Assembly (NCBI GenBank): GCA_951406725.2
Contig: OX597815.1
Span: forward strand, 97,340,001-97,404,000
From: Octopus vulgaris
Taxonomy: Eukaryota
Direction: 5' to 3'
Length of the DNA: 64,000 nt
Made by a program: the position numbers and the translations under genes
Notes under the pieces: model-generated
Told to the model about the DNA's origin: nothing
The model's input: only the letters and a program-made list of their open reading frames with translations
The model's database searches: none
Part shown: one piece after another, positions 55,604-64,000 of the stretch
Numbering within the stretch: position 1 is the first letter of the stretch
Layout: each line of letters begins with the position of its first letter

Positions 55604-56904
55604 ATGTATATATGTATATATATATATATAATGCTCTTATGCACGTGACACAAGGTGGGCATCAAATTTGTATCATGGATTGTACACTAGTCTGTCATAT
55701 TTAAATGGAGACTGTGATATTCTTTTATTCGTCTATATGTTTCATTCCCGAGGCAGAGGCCATGCTGGGGCACTATACATATAGAGAGAGAAAGAGAAAG
55801 AGAGGAGAGAGAGAAAACAAACATATAAAGACTCAGGCAGACACATAGACAGACAGGCAGATAAGACAGACAGACAGACAAACAGACATACAGACACCTC
55901 TTCATGAATCATTATACCCACTTGACATTTAAGAATGTTTATCATTACTTTATATCCATTTACGCGTTTATTACCATCTTAAGTACTGTAAGATGAAGTA
56001 TAGCCAAATTTCAAATGCACTACTTCTGTTCCACGGTTGAACTACATGTGTTATGGTACATTTGTTTAGCTTTGTATTTATAAATAATTACACATATCAA
56101 TTCTCATCCTATTTACCGAAATTTGATCGCTGTACTATGCTAAACTTATAATATCACTGAAGTATATTTAGAAATTATTTAATAACATGAAAATGAGTAT
56201 TTAGTTTATTCTGCATCAGCTATAATGTTATCAGTAAACAACAACAAATACATTATTCTAAAAATTACATATACTTCTAAACATTACATATACTTCTAAA
56301 TATTGCATATCGTGTTCTTCATTGTTCCTTGTTTCCATATATAATTCAGAAGCAGCATCACATATAAAACCATCTGGATAATTTATAAGACCAGAAAATA
56401 TTTCCTAGTCTTTAGTGTATATTGAAATTCAATTTCCGTCATTTTCTTAACTTTCTTCACCTTATCAATGATCTGCGGTCAGTTATCTCTATATGCATAA
56501 TGTTTTATAAAGATTAACATTTTCATTTTTGTCCTGAGTCCTTTAACTACAGTGCCCACCTCATATACATCCTTAAACACTCTAATATTAGAAATACTTC
56601 TCAGATTTATTTAGATACTACTACAAATCTCTGAATTATATATTGTCTCTCATATCTATTACAATGAAAGACACTGCAATTATGTGACATATGATTTGAT
56701 TGAAATAGCAGAAGTTTTTCTGCATTTAAAATTAACTTAATGCTCTGCCTGTGTGTCCACGCCCGTGTGTGTATGGAAAACGAATCTTTAGGCGATTAGA
56801 TTTACCGGTGCAAACACATTTCATTTTAATGTTAAACCGTAACATAGTCATTCGATACAATATTCCCTAGTGAGAAGAAATATCTATTGGGTTCAATACT
56901 ATTA

Positions 56905-56985
56905 ATCAGAAACCCTTGAAGGTGGTGCTCTAGCGCTTCCGCAGTCCAATAACTGGCACTGATGAATGAGTAAAAGTAGAAAAGA
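56905..56985 (+). mobile_element. SINE family B 3' tail fragment
   Basis: aaggtggtgctctagcgcttccgcagtccaataactg resembles the family B tail. Confidence 0.55.
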
Positions 56986-58029
56986 ATGGCTTTAGCAGCT
57001 ATGCGTTACGCTGTTATTACTATACAGCGTAACTTAAACCAAATCATGAGATATTTTTAAATCCTTCTTCATTTTCTTGACTTGAACACAAACCAGATAG
57101 TATCCAAACAAATATTGTCGAAGGTCAAATTCTGCTTGGCAAATAGATGTCAGAGTTTATTATTTGACTTCTGTTCATGTGAATCATCGACTGTGACGTA
57201 TAGCCCGTTGCTTCTAGATTGAAGAGATTATTTGTAGTTGCTGCTGCTTCCAAAATCTAGCTTCAGTCTGTCTACAATCTTGTGAAGGATTGACGTTTTA
57301 GTCTCTTGTATCCAATCATTTCGAAATTCGATATATGCGGTTTTAAATATGCGGACACTTCAGCAACTATAGTGATGGAGATGATTTTGCACTTTTCTAC
57401 TAAGATTTTGTTAATTCTATACCGAGTATATGTACTTGTCTCTGACAATTAACTTAAGCGCCAATGAATCGAACACTGTATCCTTTTACAAATTTCACAT
57501 GATTTCTTTCGCACACACACACAGACAACTTTATACATACATCTATTGTATGAAAAGAAATCTGCAACTTTGCCTGCGGTGATCGTATAACTTTGGTCTG
57601 TCTGTGGTAAACCACATTTCTGAGTTAAACGAATTACTAAATACATGTATTAGAATTTATTCGTTTGAAGTTCATGATTCACTGGCTGTGAAGATTCTGT
57701 CTATGTACACTTCATGAAGCGAGAAGGAAAAATCTACTGTCGTCGCTTGAAGTATCCTATGATGCGAAAGCCTGCGGAGCAACGATCATTTAAATCAAAT
57801 TTCATCTTATGTACATGTTCTAGTGAGTATACGTGTGTTAGTACATGACTAGTCTTCAAACATAGCGAAAGACAAAACCAAGCGTACAGAACTCAATACA
57901 AGTTTAAAAGTTAGTAGAGTTATTTAACTTCGTTCATAATACACCGCAATGCCAATGATATTTTCCTCTCAAAAGAGGTTTTTCAAATAAATAATGTCTA
58001 TTAAATCAAGAATATTTGTGAATAAGGAA

Positions 58030-59397
58030 CAGTATATACACGGCAGTAAATAGCGGTATAGTTTTTCCGTTTTTCATCCAGTTCATTCTTTTCGAGTGGG
58101 TAGGGAGGTTGTTCCGTATTTCCGTGAAGGTATAGGCCCTTAGGTATAACTCCATGTAAAATCAGACGGTATTTTGGCAATATTTTGGATGATGTGTTTA
58201 TGTTGAAGTGGTTAGCTCGTATGTAAAGGGTCCGCGTGGGTTTATAGAGTGAGAAAGAAAGATATCAAGATAGACAGAAGTGAATGGATAGAAGGACGAG
58301 GAGAAAGAGAGTAAAGAAAAAGAAAGAGAGAAAAAGAGAGAAAGGACAGGAATGGGATAGGTACGGGAAAGAATGAATGGGAGCGAAAGTGAAGGAAAAT
58401 CAAAAATCAAAAATAGAAAATAAAAAATCAAAAATAGAAAATAAAAAGAAATCTTCGTAAGTATCGTTTCGGGGTGAGAAGTCAGGTATTAAGGATTTTC
58501 GTAAAGTGGAGGAGGAAGGTATTTATGTAGATGAAATCTAGTTTAGGTGTGGTCAGTGGTTAGTAGGAATGGCTAAAAATAGATACCCAGCTTAAAGAGG
58601 TATATATAGGATAAAACTAGAAATAAATGTATAAAGGACCCAAATTAAGGAATTATAATTTAAAACTTAAATGTTAAAAATTAAATTAAAAATTCAAAAA
58701 ATTAAAATTTAAAGAATTAAAGTTAGCCAGCTTCTGAGGTACTTATGTTGATAGAGAAGAAAAGAAAGTAAAAACGTACATATATTGTAATGACCGTAGA
58801 TGCATAGAGGCAAGTGTTGTATGTGTTGATTTTGCTTGAATTTGGACCTATGGAAGAATCTAAAGGTGCGAGAAAACTTATCCTTACATGTAGAAAATTC
58901 TTCGTGATGTTCATTGAATGATTGCGGTGGATTATGAATTAATATTTGGAGGGCATTTTTGATGCACAGTCAGCATGTAGAGCACTGGCCTGGTTATTTG
59001 ACACCAGAGTGTGTTATGGCCCAGGATATCCTATATGGTACTTTCCTATTTATAGGATGGTGTATGTAGTTGGCTGTGGACGTGGATTTGCTATGCGCTT
59101 CATATTTACATGAGTTTAGACGTGCAGAATATCTCTGTTCAAAATTAATAGCAGACCCGATGGAGTAGCTAGTAGAATTATGTAGTATGTTGCTGACAAT
59201 GCATTTATATACGACGTTTAACATTCTGCAGTGGGCTTGTAGTGGGCTTGCAGTGGGCATCCGGTCCAGGACCGGTAGTTGCAACTATATGTCTTTTGTT
59301 GGTTAGTTCTGGAGAGAAAAGTTGCTGTACTATTTATTGGTATGTTAAAATTAGGTTGGCGATAAGGGATTGTCTCGTATTATTATTAATAGTGTTG

Positions 59398-59455
<58 letters not shown>

Positions 59456-59456
59456 C

Positions 59457-59487
<31 letters not shown>

Positions 59488-61070
59488 GTATTATTAGCAG
59501 CAGCAGCAGTAGCAGCAGTAGTAGTAGTAGTAATAGCAGTAGCCGTAGTCCGAACTTCCTTGGAAGCAGAGATGTTCGTATCCTGGTTTATGTTTGTTAT
59601 ACTTCTAGGGTTACGGGTGTGGTTTATGCTAACACGTTCTGTGTTAGTGTTTTCGCTATATTGTTCTATGTTATGATTATATATATTTAGGTAGTAGGAA
59701 TTAATTTTACGCTTGTCGGATGAGGTAACGCCATTGGTTGAAGAGGAGTAGGATAATTTCACCGTAGATCTGTTGAAGATAGAAAAGAAATTATGGGAAC
59801 ATTGGATGTTAAGGTCTACTACATGAAAAAAGGTTCTGGCTAACCCCTTAACGCTTAAAGTGAATAGCGTTGTAAACCAGAGAATAGATTTTCCTCCGCT
59901 TTTATTAGGCAATAGATAAGAAGAATAATCTATAGTATTTGTTATAGGCGAGTTGCGGGGTTCATTGTTCTTTCTCTGTTTGAGTTTCGATGAGTGCTTT
60001 CATTGGTGAACACAGGGCGAATGAGAGCGTCTCACCCGATGTCCTTTTGATTTCTAGTGAGGTGGTTTAGTTCGTCTATCTATAGTGGGAGAGTTAATGG
60101 GTCTAGCAGTAGGGCATGTCACCCCGGTGTGGAGTGTAAAAGATGTGTTTTTTAAGCCTAGTGTTTGTTAGGAATTTAATTTGCAGGGAGAAACCGTTCG
60201 CAGCAAATGCCTGGTTGTTGTATGTGGCGTGGCTATTGAAGATTTCCTCTGTGGCTGAGAGATCCGATATACGGATAGATATGTCTTTGATTACACTATC
60301 GAAGCTGGATTTATGGTGATTAGAGACTTTGCTAATGTATCTGAGGTTTTGATTATGTTTATTGTAGGGGGAGTACAGCGAAGATTTTAAATCTAAAGTA
60401 ACATCTAGAAAATTAGCTGCTTTGTAAGTGTTTTCAAAAGAGATAAATATGTTAAAATTGGTAAAAAAATTATGTTAATCTCCCCTAGACTTCTCTAATG
60501 CGGATTTAATTAGACCCGTAGGAATCAAAAATACATCGTCCCTATATAAACCACCCCCTTGATGTTAGGTAAAGGCATGCGGAGTTGCTGGAGGAGGTAT
60601 AGGTCGACGAAATCTGTGAACTGAGCGTAGTCAGAGGAGCCCATGGTTATATCGAAGAAGCAGTTCCTATTATTATTGAGATGATCTTGGCATCAAAGCT
60701 TATCATCGAAAGAGATGAGTTTCTTTCTGGCAGTTAGAATTACGTCTGTTTTAAGGGGGTCGGGTTAGTTAGGCTTTTAGCTAGAATGAGAGCTTTGTTA
60801 AGGTGGATAGGAGATACAGAAGTATAGTAATTGTTGATATCAACTTGCAGGAATGAGATGGTTTTGATTTCAAGGAGGTGAAACCAGGTAAGAACTTCAC
60901 TTGTGCAGGATCATAAATTGTCGTTTAATTTTTTCTAACTATAGGTATTAATATTGTTTAATATATCCTTACTGATTCGTCTTACGTCCGATTTGGTAGG
61001 GCAGATAAGGTTTATGGAGGGTTTGGTTATGAAATCCGCTTGGTGGTCGGCAGGGAACTAAACCCCTCAT
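58030..61070 (-). mobile_element. Penelope-like element (RT plus GIY-YIG), decayed and 5'-truncated
   Basis: Minus strand LICPTKSDVRRISK, FLQVDINNYYTSV, FDITMGSSD, GLYRDD, NFLDVTLDL, ILWF..IFNRSTVKLSYS, NVVYKC..YSIGSA..FEQRY. The 3' boundary is approximate. Confidence 0.9.
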
Positions 61071-61123
61071 ATTTTTCTTCTCTCTCTCTCTCTTCATATA
61101 TATATATATATATATATATGATA

Positions 61124-61358
61124 GACTCTCTCGTCGAAGACGACGTATTAGCATTGGGCTTTGTCGTACATTAGTTCACTCTCTCCATCAAATCAACGTT
61201 GTCTGAACAAGTGCACAGTGTAACACGCATCAGGTGTCGGAGTGATCGCAGTGCAACATGAGGTGAGGGTTTGCTCAAGACCACACCGTATGACACGGTC
61301 TAGGAATTGAAACCACGATCACGTGATCGTGACTGCAACTCCCTATTCACTGAGTCAT
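61124..61358 (-). mobile_element. tRNA-derived SINE
   Basis: Reverse strand atgactcagtgaataggg..gatcgtggtttcaattcctagaccg..ggtcttgagcaaac. Confidence 0.7.
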
Positions 61359-61464
61359 ATACATATGTGTGTGTGTGTGTGTGTGTGTGTATCAGGGACA
61401 GCTGAAAGGTTCGTAGACTCACACAGATACTCTCATGTAATGTGACCAAATGAGATACATGTCT

Positions 61465-61772
61465 GTATATACAAAAGTCTTGGCTAATGATAGGCTGCTA
61501 TTCCTGGCTTTCGTTGATTTGGAGGAAACATTTGATGCGTTACCTCGTTCAATAATTTGTTGAGCTCTGAAAACTTTAGGTGTAGAAAAATGATTTGTGT
61601 GGGAGCTTCCAGCTATGTATAAGAATGCTATAAATAAAGTGATAGTTGTCAATGATTTCAACGTTGAATTTAGTGAGAAGGTAGGACGTCATTAAGGTTT
61701 AGTCGTCAGTCCTCCCCAGTTCATCATAGTCCTCGAAGCCATTACTGAAGGTACATGAGAACTCCTACACGA
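61465..61772 (+). mobile_element. RTE-clade RT fragment, distinct from the 4433 element
   Basis: LFLAFVDLEETFDALPRSII..LGV..VGRH*GLVVSP.QFIIVLEAITE. Confidence 0.8.
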
Positions 61773-64000
61773 GCGGTTCCCAATCATTTGATCATCGCCC
61801 ACTGTTGTTTTACCATACAACAAGCGAGCAATGATGCAGCACACTCTACAGGAACAAATTTTGCTCCACAATCTCAGTAATTCCCTCGTCTCCTAGCATA
61901 GAAATAATCCCCTATCTGCTCAAGGGCTCGTATCCCTGCAGACTGTATGGCGACTTCAATAGCGCAGAAGAAAAAAGTGTACACCATAAAGGGGCTGTCT
62001 TAGGAATGTCATCCAGTCGTAAAAACCACGGCAATACAGACATTGCAGCTCAATACGCTCCTTGGACACATCGTTTTCTCTCATTACCGTCCATTTCATG
62101 CTAGCATGGAACGTGGACGTTAAATAAGGATACACACACATACATATGTATGGATGCATACACAGATGAATGTGTTGATATATCTGTATGTGCACATAAT
62201 CTGGAAATTGCGAAGAAAACCGATGCAAACTAAGCACGGAAATTTTCAAAAGATGTATGTATTTTGGGGTAGTTCTCAGTATAAAAAAATTTTGCAACTG
62301 TTTCAACTTGGAACTTTTGTAGTGTGCTGTATAGAAATAAATGGTAGAGTATGCCATGAATTTTACTTCTTTCTTTCTTATATTTTTATTCGTTAGTAGA
62401 GTAGTAAAACTGAAACTGCTTCGGCAGAAAATCGGTAAATTGATTGCGATATCTGCTCACCAAAAATTTACTTCTTGCTCAAATCACAAGAAGTTATTTA
62501 TTGATTCCAAGAAGGTTCAGTTACAGTGCAAAATGACGAGGAAAATGATTTCAAATCCTTTAAGGTTTGAATAATAACGATAGTAGGAACAGCAGTCGTC
62601 CCAGCTCGATATTTGCTTTTAGACATGCCTACCCATGCATGTTGCTTTGTGTGTGTGTGTATGTGTGCGTGTGCGTGTGTTTGTGTGCGTGCATGTGCGT
62701 ATTTGTGTGTGTGTGTCTGTGTGTGTGTGTATCTCACTGTTTTTAGCAATAAACGATAGCATGTGATTTGGTGCATTTAAAATCTCTTTCATCCTTGAAA
62801 AAATCTGAAAGCACAATCCAAGTAATTCTTCAAGGTTCGTGAAGATCCGATGGCAGCTGGATTTTTTTTTAATTAAAATTATTATATTTACTAAACTTTT
62901 CGAGCAATAAGAAAAGGAGTGATATGCGAAATAAATTATGTTTTTTTTTTTACTTTTATATGTACTACCTAATGGAACATCCTTTAATGTTTGTCACAAA
63001 TATCGAATACATTACTAGAAGTTTTAGTTTGAATAACTGCATGCGTTTGTTGATTTCTTTTGCTTCATATTTCAATATTTATATGCTCTACACACATCTA
63101 TTTTCTTTTTAAGAACGTAGTAGCTTTCCGTATTGCTGCCGTTGCTGTTGTTGTTTTATCGATCTATATAAACATTTTTTCTGGATGCTGTACAATCCGA
63201 AAAAAATATAGAAATGCGTTCACATTTCCACATAAAAGCAGGCTGGGTTGTAGAACTGCCAGCTCATATGACTAGCTAAAGAATAAATTTGCATCTCTGC
63301 ACACAAAGATAAACTGGCAACATATGGCTTCAGATAACAAATCTTTATATTTCAGATTTACTAACAAATGTGGGTGCATCTACACATGCTTAGATTTACT
63401 CATTTGCATATATATGTGTACGTGAGTGTATATATATATGTGTGTGTGCGTGTGTGTGTATGTCTATATATGTATGTATATATATATACCTATACACACA
63501 CACACACACACACACACATACATGCACATAGTTATATGTATGTATATATTTATCTATGTATAATCCATATTGTGTCAGGTTTAAATTTTCAGTTCAGTAC
63601 TTGTACGTTAACGTTTTCCTTTCGGAAGATCTTTTTGTATACGTTCGTTTCAGATCGAGCTATACACTTTCTTGTATGTATTTACATACCAACCTACTCA
63701 GGGCTTAATGTCGTCTGTTTTAAATGATTACAGTTTTTGTTTAAAATAAGATGTCATTGTATTTATTCTAAAAATGAAAAACAGTAGAGAATCACTCGTG
63801 ATATATTATATTTTTATGAATCTTACTAGATATTTTTTTTTATTTTCCTTTAATTCTAAAAGTTAGAAGTTATTTATATTTTTTTATCTTCGGAATGCTG
63901 CAATAACGTATTTTCCAATAATAGTTATTCCAGTTTTTTTTTCCTACTCAATTTTTTTAAAGCATTAAAGAGAAAAGAATTCAAGCGATTCTCACAGAAT

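Noticed and set aside
58100-58175. Expected hammerhead at the minus-strand Penelope 3' end (ccgt-CTGAT..stem..GAAA-t-acgg)
   Set aside because: Core and stem III too degenerate to call.

Overview
AT-rich, microsatellite-dense animal DNA. The SINE families look like those of octopus/coleoid cephalopods (recalled, not verified). Most ORFs in the track are artefacts of (TA)n/(CA)n/(TAA)n repeats. The only host-gene sequence I recognise is a 54-nt + strand exon (37079-37132, ALELNMTTEYFHYLFTTL) matching the amino-terminal domain of kainate-type ionotropic glutamate receptors, so most or all of the window is probably intron. It is packed with transposons: a full-length RTE LINE with an 11-bp TSD, three mariners, four R4/Dong LINE pieces stacked in a (TAA)n tract, CR1 and RTE fragments, a gag-like zinc-knuckle element, two Penelope-like elements and many tRNA-derived SINEs. 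The best find is a young non-coding retrozyme-like insertion (45060-45842): 197-bp near-identical direct repeats, a TSD, and a type I hammerhead ribozyme cutting just upstream of the repeat start. Several other hammerhead motifs and long hairpins are also present.
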